Notes: a model not told the origin generated them from the sequence alone. Shown: positions 32,713 to 43,420, counted from the stretch's first letter. The stretch: 64,000 nucleotides of DNA from an uncultured Methanomicrobiaceae archaeon (GCA_963826525.1 CAWGXH010000004.1:1376001-1440000), one strand, 5' to 3'. Program-made: numbers and translations.

Positions 32713-33802
32713 ACGCGGGTGCTCTGAGGAAGAACTTTTCTCCTTCCTCTCTTCGAAGAGGAGAGAGGATCTCGGGTATCACAATATCTTAAGTTCGATG
32801 TGCACCTCGCCGCACCCGGTGGCGGAACGGGTGCATGCGATGTTTCTCGAGACCAATCTCGGAGACCCGGGTCTTTTTCGGGGAACCGCGTCGCTTGAGG
32901 ATCTGCTGGTTCGGCGGATCGGCGAACTGATGCACCACCCCGATGCGGGTGGATATGCGACCTCGGGAGGTACCGAGTCGAATATCCAGGCGCTCAGGAT
33001 TGCCAAGAAGCGAAAACCGGTGGCATCTCCAAACGTCGTGGTGCCGGCGTCCGCTCACTTCTCGTTCGAGAAGGCATGCGACATGCTCTCGCTCGAGATG
33101 CGGACGGCGCCGGTCGATGCCCGGTACCGGCTGGACCTCGATGTACTGGACGGTATCGTCGATAAAAACACCGTCTGCATCGTCGGCATCGTCGGGACGA
33201 CGGAGTACGGCATGATCGATCCGATCGAACGCCTCTCCGAACTTGCAGAGGAGCGTGATACCTTCCTCCACGTCGATGCGGCCTTCGGGGGCATGGTGGT
33301 GCCCTTCCTCCCGAACCCCGCGCCCTTCGACTTTCTGCTGCCCGGTGTCGACAGCATCTCGGTCGATCCTCACAAGATGGGCATGAGCACGATCCCGGCG
33401 GGCTGCCTGCTCGTCCGGGATGCCCGGATGTTCACCTGCTTAAATGTTGACACCCCATATCTTACTGTCAAGCAGGAGTGCACGCTTGCCGGAACCAGAT
33501 CCGGTGCCTCGGTCGCTGCAGCGCTTGCCGTCCTCGAATACCTCGGGAAGGACGGGATGCGTGCAATCGTTGCAGGCTGCATGGAGAATACGCGCCGGCT
33601 CATCGAAGGGATGGAGACGCTCGGCTGCCCGCGTGCGGTGACGCCCGACGTCAACGTCGCGACCTTCGTCTGCGACGAATCGCCGCCCGGGTGGCGCGTC
33701 TCCAGAACCCGGAACGGGCATATGCGCATCGTCTGCATGCCGCACGTGCACCGCGACGTCGTCGAGGCATTCCTGCGTGACATGGGTGAACTGAATGCTT
33801 GA
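32705..33802 (+). CDS. mfnA: L-tyrosine/L-aspartate decarboxylase
   Basis: ILSSMCT, NLGDPGLF, SGGTESN, HVDAAFGG, DPHKMG, GTRSGA. Confidence 0.9.
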   Translation: MRERGCSEEELFSFLSSKRREDLGYHNILSSMCTSPHPVAERVHAMFLETNLGDPGLFRGTASLEDLLVRRIGELMHHPDAGGYATSGGTESNIQALRIAKKRKPVASPNVVVPASAHFSFEKACDMLSLEMRTAPVDARYRLDLDVLDGIVDKNTVCIVGIVGTTEYGMIDPIERLSELAEERDTFLHVDAAFGGMVVPFLPNPAPFDFLLPGVDSISVDPHKMGMSTIPAGCLLVRDARMFTCLNVDTPYLTVKQECTLAGTRSGASVAAALAVLEYLGKDGMRAIVAGCMENTRRLIEGMETLGCPRAVTPDVNVATFVCDESPPGWRVSRTRNGHMRIVCMPHVHRDVVEAFLRDMGELNA

Positions 33803-34346
33803 AAGGCTCGTTGAATCACTGGAAGCCTCCCCGATGGTGAAACGGGGAGAGTACAACTACTTTATCCACCCGATCACCGACGGCGTCCCGCTCTGCGAAC
33901 CGGAGCTCCTCCGCGAGGTCGGGTGTGCGATGGTGCGGGTACTCGATCTCGAAGGGGTCGATAAGATCGTGGTCGCCGAGGCGATGGGGATCCATATCGG
34001 GGTCACCCTCTCGCTGATGACCGATATCCCCCTCGTGATCGTGAGAAAGCGTCCGTACCAGCTCCCCGGCGAGGTGGCGATCCACCAGACGACCGGCTAC
34101 TCGAAGGGAGAACTCTACCTCAACGGGGTGGAGAAGGGCGACCGCGTCGTGGTCGTCGATGACGTCTGCAGCACGGGCGGCACCATGCGCGCCATCCTCA
34201 GCGCCCTCGATCAGATCGGTGCCGAGGTTGCGGATATCTGCGTCGTGATCACACGGGGCGACGAGGATATCGGCCGGCCGTTCAAGACCCTGGTCAAGGT
34301 GGCTGTCTCCGAGTCCGGAGTGCGTGTCGTTGATACCTACCGATGA
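33795..34346 (+). CDS. hpt: Hypoxanthine/guanine phosphoribosyltransferase
   Basis: YFIHPITDGVP, EAMGI, TGYSKG, VVDDVCSTGGT. Confidence 0.9.
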   Translation: MLERLVESLEASPMVKRGEYNYFIHPITDGVPLCEPELLREVGCAMVRVLDLEGVDKIVVAEAMGIHIGVTLSLMTDIPLVIVRKRPYQLPGEVAIHQTTGYSKGELYLNGVEKGDRVVVVDDVCSTGGTMRAILSALDQIGAEVADICVVITRGDEDIGRPFKTLVKVAVSESGVRVVDTYR

Positions 34347-35277
34347 TCTCATCCTGCGGCTCGAGCGCCGCGGTATCCGAAAGGTTGCCCTCCAGTTTCC
34401 GGCAGGGCTGAAGCGGGAGGCATGGCCCGTCGCCTCGGCGCTCCGCGAGGCGGGGTTCGAGGTGGTCGTCAGCGGCGATCCCTGTTACGGCGCCTGTGAC
34501 CTCGACCGTGACGCCCTCGCGCTCGCGGAGGTGCTGGTGCACTTCGGGCACGCCCCCGTCGAAGACCGGGAGAACGTGATCTACGAAACGGTTCGTTCCG
34601 TCATCGACGTCGGCGCCCTTGCGGCAGCCCTGCCGCTCCTCTCGGGGCGATCCCTCGGCCTCGTCACCACCGTCCAGCACGTCCACCAGATCGACGAGAT
34701 GGCGGCGTTTCTCGAGGAGCAGGGGTTTCGGGTCAGCGTGGCGCCGGGCGACGGGAGAGCGCCTCTCTGCGGTCAGGTGCTCGGGTGCAACTTCCAGGCG
34801 GCACGAGCGACCGGTGCGGAAGAGATCCTCTACGTCGGAACGGGTCTCTTCCACCCCATCGGCGTACAGCTGGCGACGAAAGCCCGGGTGATCGCGCTCG
34901 ACCCCTACACCGGAACGGCGCAGGAGGTGGACGCCTCCCGCCTGATCCGCCGGCGGTTTGCCGTGATGGAGAAAGCCCGCGATGCCGGAAGTATCGGCGT
35001 CATCGTCAGCACGAAGAGCGGGCAGCAGCGGCTCGACCTTGCCCGGCGGCTCGTCAGGCTCTCCGATCGTGCCGTCCTCGTCACGATGCGCGAAGTCTGC
35101 CCGGACGAGCTCTTAAACCTTGGGTTTGACTGCTACGTCAATACGGCATGCCCGCGGCTTGCCTACGACGATCAGATCCGGTTTCCGGTGCCGGTGCTGA
35201 GCCCCTCGGAGTTTGAGATCCTCTGCGGCGTGCGAAGCTTCGACGACTACATCATCGACGAGTTCCTCTCTGCATGA
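34324..35277 (+). CDS. dph2: Diphthamide biosynthesis enzyme Dph2
   Basis: LQFPAGL, CYGACD, HFGH, GQVLGC, NTACPRL. Confidence 0.92.
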   Translation: MSLIPTDDLILRLERRGIRKVALQFPAGLKREAWPVASALREAGFEVVVSGDPCYGACDLDRDALALAEVLVHFGHAPVEDRENVIYETVRSVIDVGALAAALPLLSGRSLGLVTTVQHVHQIDEMAAFLEEQGFRVSVAPGDGRAPLCGQVLGCNFQAARATGAEEILYVGTGLFHPIGVQLATKARVIALDPYTGTAQEVDASRLIRRRFAVMEKARDAGSIGVIVSTKSGQQRLDLARRLVRLSDRAVLVTMREVCPDELLNLGFDCYVNTACPRLAYDDQIRFPVPVLSPSEFEILCGVRSFDDYIIDEFLSA

Positions 35278-35885
35278 ACCTCCGACAGCTCGAGATCAAA
35301 CTCGCGCGCCTCGAGGGGTTCGCCCGCCCCGTCGCCAGACTCGAACAGTACCAGACGCCGGCTTCCGTCGCGGCGCGCCTTCTCTTTCACGCCTACATGC
35401 AGGGAGCGATCGAGGATAAACGTATCTGCGACCTCGGGTGCGGCACCGGTATTCTTGCATGCGGCGCCGCGATGCTCGGGGCATCCTCGGTCGTCGGGAT
35501 CGATATCGATCCGCTCGCCGTCGACCAGGCGCAGAGGAACGCCCGCCTGATCGGTGCGGAGATCGAGTTCGTCGTCGGCAACGTGGCGAGCAGGGATGTC
35601 GACTGGACGATGTTTGCCGCCGATACCGTCGTCATGAACCCCCCGTTCGGGGCGCAGAAGGTGCATGCCGACAGACCGTTCATCGATAGGAGCCTCGAGC
35701 TTGCCGGGGAGGTCTACGGTATATTCAACGCCGGTTCACGCCCCTTCGTGGAGGCGTATACCAAAGGGCGCGCCGTGATCGATGAGGTTATTGCATGCTC
35801 CTTCCCGATACCCCGCACATTCGCTCACCACCGGAAAGAGCGAGCAGATATCACCGTCGAGGTCATACACTTCCACCGTATCTGA
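35274..35885 (+). CDS. METTL5-family RNA methyltransferase
   Basis: LEQYQTP, DLGCGTG, MNPPFG, ADRPF. Confidence 0.88.
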   Translation: MNLRQLEIKLARLEGFARPVARLEQYQTPASVAARLLFHAYMQGAIEDKRICDLGCGTGILACGAAMLGASSVVGIDIDPLAVDQAQRNARLIGAEIEFVVGNVASRDVDWTMFAADTVVMNPPFGAQKVHADRPFIDRSLELAGEVYGIFNAGSRPFVEAYTKGRAVIDEVIACSFPIPRTFAHHRKERADITVEVIHFHRI

Positions 35886-35889
35886 TACC

Positions 35890-37062
35890 GTGACGTCGAA
35901 GGCTAAATCAGTCTGGGGGCTCTCCGCAGCTCACCTGGTGACCGATCTCTACTCGCCCGTTCTTCCGGCGATCATGCCGCTGCTCATCGCCCAGGAGGGC
36001 TACACCTACCTCCTGGCAGGCCTGATCATAACCGTCTACAACCTCACCTCCTCGCTCGTCCAGCCCCTTGTCGGGTGGGCATACGATACGAAGGGGCTCT
36101 CCATCCACGTCAGCATCAGCGTCCTCTTAAGTGCGGTATTCATCTCCATAATCGGGCTCGTCACCGACTATACCCTCGTCCTCGTCTGCGCCGGAATTGC
36201 GGCGCTCGGTCATGCCTTCTTCCACCCGAGTGCTCTTGGAGCGGTCAGCAGGCTGACGCAGGACGCAAGCAGGGGCAGGATCACTTCGTACTTCGTCGTC
36301 GGAGGGAACCTCGGGTTCGCCATCGGGCCTATCTGCGCCGGAGCGGTCGTCGCGCTCATGGGCCTGCCGGGGCTCGTGGTTCTCGTCATCCCCGGCCTTG
36401 TGATGGCCGTCGTTCTCAGGGCCGTTCTCCCCGCTCCCCGGCCACATGCACAGCATATCATCCCCGCCGCACCTCCGGGAGAGCCGGTACCCCGCCGGCC
36501 GATCGCCATCCTGGTGATCGCGTCCGCACTCCGTGCATGGGCGATATTCGCCTCCGTCGCGTTTCTTCCGACGTTCCTCACGCTGCGCGGCATCGATCTC
36601 GTGACGGCGAACCTGCTGGTATCCGGGATGCTGGTCGCCGGGGTGATCGGCCAGATCGTGGGAGGTACGCTCTCCGACCGCTACGGGCGCAAGGAGTACA
36701 CGCTCCTCGGCCTCGTCGCTGCGATACCGCTCTTTTACCTATTCCTCACGACTGCGGATTGGCTCTCGCTCATCATCCTGATGGTATTCGGGTTCACGCT
36801 CTGGTCGACGTTCTCGGTGACCATTGCGATGGCGCACGAACTGATGCCGAGGAACGTCGGCGTGATCTCCGGCCTGATGCTCGGGCTTGCGGTCGGAGCC
36901 GGCGGGATGGGAGTGGCCGCGACGGGATACATCGCCGATACGTTCTCGCTCGAGACCGCTCTCCTGACGATACCCCTGCCGGTTATCGCGTCGATTCTGC
37001 TCTTCAGTGTGGTTCCGTACCCCTGGAAAACCCTTGCACGCTTCCTTCCCGGTTACCGGTGA
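35890..37062 (+). CDS. MFS transporter (Fsr-like)
   Basis: H..TDLY, QPLVG, HAFFHP, GGNLGFAIGP, GG.LSDRYGRK; multiple hydrophobic segments. Confidence 0.88.
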   Translation: MTSKAKSVWGLSAAHLVTDLYSPVLPAIMPLLIAQEGYTYLLAGLIITVYNLTSSLVQPLVGWAYDTKGLSIHVSISVLLSAVFISIIGLVTDYTLVLVCAGIAALGHAFFHPSALGAVSRLTQDASRGRITSYFVVGGNLGFAIGPICAGAVVALMGLPGLVVLVIPGLVMAVVLRAVLPAPRPHAQHIIPAAPPGEPVPRRPIAILVIASALRAWAIFASVAFLPTFLTLRGIDLVTANLLVSGMLVAGVIGQIVGGTLSDRYGRKEYTLLGLVAAIPLFYLFLTTADWLSLIILMVFGFTLWSTFSVTIAMAHELMPRNVGVISGLMLGLAVGAGGMGVAATGYIADTFSLETALLTIPLPVIASILLFSVVPYPWKTLARFLPGYR

Positions 37063-37114
37063 TCGGCACGGCAGACGTACTCCTCAAGTACAGGAACTGC
37101 CGAAGAGGAGCACG

Positions 37115-38767
37115 ATGGTTACCCGGTTCCAGCGGTACGGGCAGATCGCCGATGTCCTGATCAAGTACGGGTTCGGCATCCTCGTCGAAGAGGTCTTTCC
37201 CGGCTCGGAGCGGCTGCGGGCATTTAAGCGGCGGGGGAAGAAGGAAGAACTCCCTACGTACGTGCGTGTCCGCCTTGCCATCGAAGAACTTGGGCCGACG
37301 TTCATTAAGTTCGGCCAGATCATGAGCACCCGGCGGGAATTGCTCCCGCCCGAACTGATCGTGGAGCTGCAGAAATTGCAGGATCAGGTGGCTCCCCTGC
37401 CGTACGAGGAGGTAAAGCCGGTCATCGAGGAGTACTGCCCCGACTTCGGCAGTTGCTTTGACCTCATCGAGGAAGAACCCTTCGCAGCAGCTTCGCTTTC
37501 GCAGGTGCATCGTGCCGTCCTGAAAGACCGATCCGTGGTCGCGCTCAAAATTCAGCGCCCGGGAATCGTCGACCTCATCGAGACGGATATCTTAATCCTC
37601 CAGTCGCTCGCCGACCGGGTCGAGAGCATGTACCCCGATCTCCGGGTCTACAGCCCCCGGGGTATGGTCGACGAGTTTGCCGTGCAGATCCGACGGGAAC
37701 TTGACTTTGTCCAGGACGGGCTGAACGCCGAGCGGATAGGCCACAACATGCGGGAGGTTCGTGGCGTTCGTGTTCCGAAGATCTACTGGAAGTACACCGG
37801 TACCCGCCTGCTCACCATGGAATACGTGGAGGGTGTCCGGATCGATGACATCCCGGCTATTAAGAGCATGGGGCTGCTCCCGAGGGAGATTGCGGAGCGA
37901 GGCTTTTCAGCCTATATAAAACAGATATTCGTCGACGGTTTCTTCCACGGCGACCCGCACCCCGGAAACCTTCTGGTGACGGAGAACGGTTTCATCGTCT
38001 TTCTCGACTTCGGGATCGTCGGCGTCCTGCGGCCCGAGAAGAAACGGCGTTTCATCGAGCTCCTCCTTGCCATCGTCAACGGCGATGTCAGTCGGGTTAT
38101 GAACGCATTAAGCAACCTCGGTGTCCACATAAGGCCCGAGGATCTCGACAACGTCGAGGATGAACTCTATGTCGTGCTCCTCGATTACCAGGATGCACAA
38201 ATCGGGCAGTTCGACTTCGGGCAGGCCCTGATCGGCCTGACCGATACCCTTCGCCGCTACCGGATCCGCGTCCCGCCGTCGCTCATGCTGATGATGAAGG
38301 TGATCATCATGGTGCTGGATGTCGGGACGGAGCTTGACCCGACATTCAACTTCGATAAACATGTCAGGCCCCATATCGCCGAGATAGCAGCCCGGGAGCG
38401 GTTCTCGCCGAAGAAGGTGCTCGATGCCGGGCGTGCGGTCACCGATGCTATCGAGAGCCTCGTAACGCTCCCCCGCTCCATCGCCGAGACCTTGCAAAAC
38501 GTTACCGAAGGCTCGATCGCGCTTGAGATGGAGAAGAACACCTTAAACCAGATACAGCTGATGTTCGATCACGTGACCGACAAAATCCTGGTCGGGCTCA
38601 TCGTCGCCGCCATCGTGGTCGGTTCATCGCTCGTCCTCCGGGTCTCGGACGTCACCCTCCCGAATTACATCGCGTGGCTCGCCATCGTCGGGTATACAGT
38701 TGCGGTGCTGGTTGGGTTCTATGCGATCTACCATGCTATCGTGTACGAGCCCGGGGGCAGAACCTGA
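37115..38767 (+). CDS. ABC1/UbiB-family atypical kinase
   Basis: ELGPTFIKFGQ, AAASLSQVH, KIQRP, FHGDPHPGN, LDFG; C-terminal TM helices. Confidence 0.9.
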   Translation: MVTRFQRYGQIADVLIKYGFGILVEEVFPGSERLRAFKRRGKKEELPTYVRVRLAIEELGPTFIKFGQIMSTRRELLPPELIVELQKLQDQVAPLPYEEVKPVIEEYCPDFGSCFDLIEEEPFAAASLSQVHRAVLKDRSVVALKIQRPGIVDLIETDILILQSLADRVESMYPDLRVYSPRGMVDEFAVQIRRELDFVQDGLNAERIGHNMREVRGVRVPKIYWKYTGTRLLTMEYVEGVRIDDIPAIKSMGLLPREIAERGFSAYIKQIFVDGFFHGDPHPGNLLVTENGFIVFLDFGIVGVLRPEKKRRFIELLLAIVNGDVSRVMNALSNLGVHIRPEDLDNVEDELYVVLLDYQDAQIGQFDFGQALIGLTDTLRRYRIRVPPSLMLMMKVIIMVLDVGTELDPTFNFDKHVRPHIAEIAARERFSPKKVLDAGRAVTDAIESLVTLPRSIAETLQNVTEGSIALEMEKNTLNQIQLMFDHVTDKILVGLIVAAIVVGSSLVLRVSDVTLPNYIAWLAIVGYTVAVLVGFYAIYHAIVYEPGGRT

Positions 38768-38839
38768 CCGCGGTCTGCCTGCAGAAGAAGGGAGGGATAG
38801 AGGATATCTTGACTTGGGATGCCTGGCGGGTATCGGCCG

Positions 38840-39124
38840 TCATTCGTCCTTTTTCTTAAAGTAGAGGCTGCAGTGGCATTTGCCCGTCTCTTCTATCTCT
38901 TTGTCGTGATAGATGCAGGGGCAGATGATGATCCGGTCTTTCTCGGGCTCGCCGCTCCGCAGACGGCAGGGGCAATACGGCTCGCCGAAACGCTCCTTAT
39001 TCCGCGTCAGCCCCCGAAGGACTGCGTTCAACTGCTTCTCGTCGGGATTGAGTACCCACCCCCGCTCCTTTGCGTATCGTTTCGCCCAGATTCGCGTCCC
39101 CTCAATCGGTTCTTCTTCTGTCAT
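38840..39124 (-). CDS. Ferredoxin:thioredoxin reductase catalytic-subunit-like protein
   Basis: YCPCR...ICPC...GKCHCSLY. Confidence 0.88.
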   Translation of the reverse strand: MTEEEPIEGTRIWAKRYAKERGWVLNPDEKQLNAVLRGLTRNKERFGEPYCPCRLRSGEPEKDRIIICPCIYHDKEIEETGKCHCSLYFKKKDE

Positions 39125-39154
39125 AGTCTACTCCTTGTATCGGGTATATCGGTA

Positions 39155-39856
39155 TTATTTCTGTTGTTCGATATGCGTGATCATCGAGGTGAAGATCTTA
39201 ATGCCGGCGTCGGATCCGAGCACCTGTTCCGATGCCCGCTCGGGGTGGGGCATCATGACCATCACGTTGCACGTATCGCCGCCGAGAACTCCGGTAATAT
39301 TCTCCGTCGAGCCGTTCGGGTTGCTCCCCGGCGTGACGGTGCCGTGCTCGTCGCAGAAACGGAATGCGATACGGCCTTCCCGGTTCAGCCGGTCGACCAC
39401 GTCGGGCGCGGCCACGTACCGCCCTTCCTTGTGAGCGATGGGGACCCGGATAACCTCGCCTTTCCGGTAGCACGCGGTGAACGGCGAGGTGTCGTTCTCT
39501 ACCTTCAGGTAGACATGGCGCGAGATGAACTTCGGGTAGGCGTTGAGCGTGAACGTCCCCGGGATCAGTCCCGCCTCGGAACCGATCTGTGCCCCGTTGC
39601 AGATGCCGAGGATAAGCCGCCCTTCGCGGGCATGCCGGAGAATATCCTGCATGACCGGGGTTCGTGCGGCGATCGCTCCTGCCCGGAGATAATCCCCGTA
39701 GGAGAATCCGCCGGGAAGAACGATTCCGTCATAGTTCCGCTGCAGTCCGTCCTTGTACCAGACGAGGTCGGTATCGACGCCGCAGACCTCTTCGAGGACG
39801 TAGAGCGTATCCCGATCGCAGTTGCTCCCGCCGAACTGGACGACTGCAAACCTCAT
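39155..39856 (-). CDS. purQ: FGAM synthase glutaminase subunit
   Basis: GSNCD, PGGFSYGDYLR, GICNG, NPNGS, MPHPER. Confidence 0.95.
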   Translation of the reverse strand: MRFAVVQFGGSNCDRDTLYVLEEVCGVDTDLVWYKDGLQRNYDGIVLPGGFSYGDYLRAGAIAARTPVMQDILRHAREGRLILGICNGAQIGSEAGLIPGTFTLNAYPKFISRHVYLKVENDTSPFTACYRKGEVIRVPIAHKEGRYVAAPDVVDRLNREGRIAFRFCDEHGTVTPGSNPNGSTENITGVLGGDTCNVMVMMPHPERASEQVLGSDAGIKIFTSMITHIEQQK

Positions 39857-40098
39857 TCTGCGACCTCAACGGTATAGTGGTGAATAACGGGGTTAGCGAG
39901 CAGGCGTTCGCACATCTTCTCTGCCTCTGCCGCTGCCTCTTCGGCGCTCGGTGCGTCCAGCGTGAGCTGGAAGAGCCGTGCAGTGCGGAGGCTTTCGGTC
40001 TCGAAACCGAGATTTGCGAGGGCATGCCGTATCGCACGCGCCTCGGGGTCGAGCATTCCTTCCTTGAGTGCAATGGTTATGGTTACATCATACTTCAT
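39853..40098 (-). CDS. purS: FGAM synthase subunit PurS
   Basis: LKEGMLDPE...MCERLLANPVI. Confidence 0.93.
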   Translation of the reverse strand: MKYDVTITIALKEGMLDPEARAIRHALANLGFETESLRTARLFQLTLDAPSAEEAAAEAEKMCERLLANPVIHHYTVEVAE

Positions 40099-40118
40099 GG
40101 CAATCTTCCCTCCTGTGA

Positions 40119-40822
40119 TCAAGAGATAATACGCTTCGCCACCTTTGCATATTCGGCCATAACGTCCCCTTTGTCAAACCGGTATACATCCTTGTCCATC
40201 GACTGCCGGGTCTCCTTATCCCAGAGCCGCATCGAGTCCATGCTGATCTCGTCACCGAGATAGATGACGCCGTCCCGGTGTCCGAACTCCATCTTGAAGT
40301 CGACAAGGGTGATGCCGCGTGCATCGAGGTGGTCTTTGAGCAGCTCGTTGATCGTCAGTGCATTCTCCTTGATCTGGTCGAGTTCTTCCCGGGTGGCGAT
40401 ACGGAGAGCCAGGATCAGGTCATCGTTGAGCATCGGGTCGTGCCGGGAATCATCTTTATAGTCGATCACGATCACGGGCGGGTCAAGGGGAGCTCCCTCG
40501 GTGAAGGGATACCGCCGCACAATGGAGCCGGCCGCAACGTTCCGGACGATGACTTCGAGCGGGATCATCTCAAGGTCCCGGACGACCATCGTGATCGGAT
40601 CGATCATGCCGAGGAAATGGGTCTTAATGCCGCGCTCCTCCAGGTACCGGAAGAAGAATGCGGAGACTTCGGCATTATATCGACCTTTTCCCCCAGTACG
40701 TCTTTCTTCCCGCCGTCAAACGCCGTGATGTCGTCCCGGAACTGCATGATCAGGTTACCCTGTTCGTCCGATCGGTAGACGGATTTTGCCTTGCCCTGAT
40801 ACATAAGGTCAAGCTGCTTCAT
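40119..40822 (-). CDS. purC: SAICAR synthase (frameshift near 40690)
   Basis: YQGKAK, FRDDITAF, IPLEVIVRN.AAGS, LVDFKMEFG, DKDVYR. Confidence 0.93.
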
Positions 40823-40853
40823 AGCCGGATCTCTCCTCTTTCTATAGGCCTTC

Positions 40854-41861
40854 TTATAGAATGATATTATGGTTCGCCGCCACGCTCGAAGGCATCAAGA
40901 CGGGCAGAAGCTTGTCCACCAGCGGCCTGAGCGCCGGGGATACCCACCCTTTCCCGATGAACCGGGGATAGATGCAGAGGCGCTCTTTCAGGACGGCGTC
41001 ACCCGCTACCCGGCGGAGTTCGTCTATCTGCGGCCAGGGGTGCTCCGGGTTGACGTAGTCGATGGTGAGGGGGGATACCCCGCCGAGGTCGTCCACGCCG
41101 CAGCCGATGAGGCGAGAAGCGTCGGCGAGGTTCGGGGGGATCTGCACCGCTACCTCCGGCGGGAGGATCTCCCGTGCAAGCGCGATGGTGGTGCAGAGTT
41201 CCTCGCTGCCCGGTACGCGGGCATGCTCCATCGGCGTCCCGACTTTCGGGCAGAAGTTCTGGACGATGACCTCCTGGATATGGTCGTAGCGCCGGTGGAG
41301 GTCCCGGATCACCCGGAGCGACTCTTCACGGTCGTCTTCGGTCTCGCCGATCCCGATGAGGATGCCGGTGGTGAACGGAATCCGAAGTTTCCCGGCATTC
41401 TCCATCATCTCGATGCGCACCGCCGGATCTTTTCCGGGCGATGCGGCATGCGCCGGAACGTCGGCCGTCGTCTCGAGCATCAGCCCCATGCTGGCGTTGA
41501 CCTCTGCCAGTCGCTCGAGCTCCGCGTATGACAGAATTCCGGCGTTGGTGTGCGGCAGCAGTCCCGCATCGATGCTCGCCCGGCAAAGGTCGTAGCAGTA
41601 GTCGAGGATATCGGTATACCCGAGGAGTGCGAGCCGTTCGGAGAACCCCGGAACTTTTCCCGGCCGCTCGCCGAACGTGAAAAGCGCCTCCGTGCACCCG
41701 AGGGCGGATCCACGCTCCAGTGTGGCGATGACCTCGCCCGGCTGCATGATGCATCCGTCCCCGACCGGTGTCTGAAAACAGCAGTAACTGCACCGGTTGA
41801 AGCAGACGCTCGTCAGTGGGAGGAACACGTTCTTCGAGAAGGTGATCTGCCGGTGGTGCAT
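40854..41861 (-). CDS. cofG: FO synthase subunit CofG
   Basis: TFSKNVFLPLT..CFNRCSYC, LPHTNAG, SMGLMLE, PFTTGILIGIGE, QIPPNL, DYVNPEHPWP. Confidence 0.93.
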   Translation of the reverse strand: MHHRQITFSKNVFLPLTSVCFNRCSYCCFQTPVGDGCIMQPGEVIATLERGSALGCTEALFTFGERPGKVPGFSERLALLGYTDILDYCYDLCRASIDAGLLPHTNAGILSYAELERLAEVNASMGLMLETTADVPAHAASPGKDPAVRIEMMENAGKLRIPFTTGILIGIGETEDDREESLRVIRDLHRRYDHIQEVIVQNFCPKVGTPMEHARVPGSEELCTTIALAREILPPEVAVQIPPNLADASRLIGCGVDDLGGVSPLTIDYVNPEHPWPQIDELRRVAGDAVLKERLCIYPRFIGKGWVSPALRPLVDKLLPVLMPSSVAANHNIIL

Positions 41862-42046
41862 GGTAGTACTTCGGCATATTTCCTCTTCAACCTTCGGACA
41901 GGCGGAGCAGCGTCCCGCGCCGCTCTTCCGCGCGACGCCCGCGGGCAGAAGTGCATCCGGGAATACACGGAGGGTTTTGCGTATCTCCGGTGTCGGTGCC
42001 GTATGGAGCGATGCCTTTTTGTTGATTACCCGACAACCGGATTTCA

Positions 42047-42688
42047 ATGTATTTTCATGCTCTCATCCCCTTCAAACCGGTCAACCCCAAGACACGACTC
42101 TCCTGCGTTCTCAGCCAGGAGGAGCGAGAGGCGTTCGCAAGGGCGATGCTCGACGATGTCATCGCCGCCGTGCTGAAATCCGGGTGCAGTGCAACGCTCC
42201 TCTGCACGAGTGCCTTCGAGCGTGACGACGCTTTGGTCGCCGTTCGCAAAGAACCACTCAACGAGGCTATCAACTGGGCGCTCGACCAGTTCCACTGCCC
42301 GGCGCTCATCATCATGTCCGATCTCCCGCTTGTCCGGGCAGGCGATATCCAGCGTCTCGTATCGACCGGGAAGGATATGGCCATCGTGCCGGGAAGGGGC
42401 GGGGGCACGAATGCGATCTTCTTAAAAAAGCCCCGCTGTTTCCACGCTGACTTCTACGGGGCGAGTTTCCTCGACCACATGCGGATCGCTGAGGAATGCG
42501 GGTTCACCGTGGATATCATCGATTCGTTCCGGATGTCGACGGATATGGATGAACGGGAGGATCTCGTGGAGATTCTCATCCACGGAAAAGGGAAGAGCAG
42601 GGAGTATCTAGAGGGGCTCGGTTTTTCCCTCTCGATCGAGAAGGGCAGGGTTAGCGTGAAGCGCAGTCCCCATGAAGAGACACTCTGA
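42047..42688 (+). CDS. cofC: 2-phospho-L-lactate/PEP guanylyltransferase
   Basis: IPFKPVNPKTRLS, MLDDV, MSDLP, PGRGGGTN, YGASF..H. Confidence 0.9.
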   Translation: MYFHALIPFKPVNPKTRLSCVLSQEEREAFARAMLDDVIAAVLKSGCSATLLCTSAFERDDALVAVRKEPLNEAINWALDQFHCPALIIMSDLPLVRAGDIQRLVSTGKDMAIVPGRGGGTNAIFLKKPRCFHADFYGASFLDHMRIAEECGFTVDIIDSFRMSTDMDEREDLVEILIHGKGKSREYLEGLGFSLSIEKGRVSVKRSPHEETL

Positions 42689-43420
42689 AGCATCGATCGT
42701 CGCTATCCCTGAATAGTCACCGATGGGGAGACCTGATCCGCGGACGACTGCGGCAGGGGCGCACTCATCCGCCTCTCCCATGACGAGTTCCGCCGCGGAT
42801 GCGATGCAGTCGGCGACGGCGCGCTTCGTGACGTGCAGTTCCCTGCCGAAGAGATCGGTTCTGCCGCACTCGTCGATCACCGACGGGAGTCCCGAGCACC
42901 CGATGGCGACACCGCTCGATCCGAGGCGCATCGCGTGTGTCCGACTGTCGGCCACGATGACTCCCGTATCGGCGCCGCACCGCTCCCGGATTCCTTCGCG
43001 TATCCTCGCCGCGCTCCGGTCGGAGTCGGCGGGGAGAAGGACGACCGAGCCTGGGGGGGCGTTCGATGCATCAATTCCTGCATTCGGGAGGAGCGTTCCG
43101 TTCTTCAGGCAGAGCAGGAATCCGTCGACTCCCCCGACCACCTTCTCGCTCTCGGAGAGGACGATCTCTGCGAGGCGGGGATCCATCCGGTGCCGTTCAC
43201 CGAGGACTTCTGCAAGTTCCGACGGCACTATCGAATCGAGACTGACGATCCTTCCCTCTGCTGTGGCGACCGGCGACTCGGCGACGACGATGATATCGCC
43301 GTCACGGAAGGCGCCGCACCCGGCATCACCGGACGCAGCGATGAGGTGGCCGACGATATCGTCGCCGGGATGTATGAGGCCGGTCTTGAGGCCGTATACG
43401 CAAAATGCATTATCTTTCAT
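42608..43420 (-). CDS. cofE: CofE-family gamma-glutamyl ligase (F420-0 ligase or FolC2-like)
   Basis: I.PGDD, ATAEGR, NAGIDASN, ADS.....R.G..GVAIG, DLFGREL, VMGEADE. Confidence 0.8.
   Translation of the reverse strand: MKDNAFCVYGLKTGLIHPGDDIVGHLIAASGDAGCGAFRDGDIIVVAESPVATAEGRIVSLDSIVPSELAEVLGERHRMDPRLAEIVLSESEKVVGGVDGFLLCLKNGTLLPNAGIDASNAPPGSVVLLPADSDRSAARIREGIRERCGADTGVIVADSRTHAMRLGSSGVAIGCSGLPSVIDECGRTDLFGRELHVTKRAVADCIASAAELVMGEADECAPAAVVRGSGLPIGDYSGIATIDASECLFMGTALHANPALLDREGKTEPL

Noticed and set aside
42608-42688. 81-bp convergent overlap of cofC and cofE as antisense regulation
   Set aside because: Tail-to-tail overlaps are common in compact genomes and may reflect an indel error
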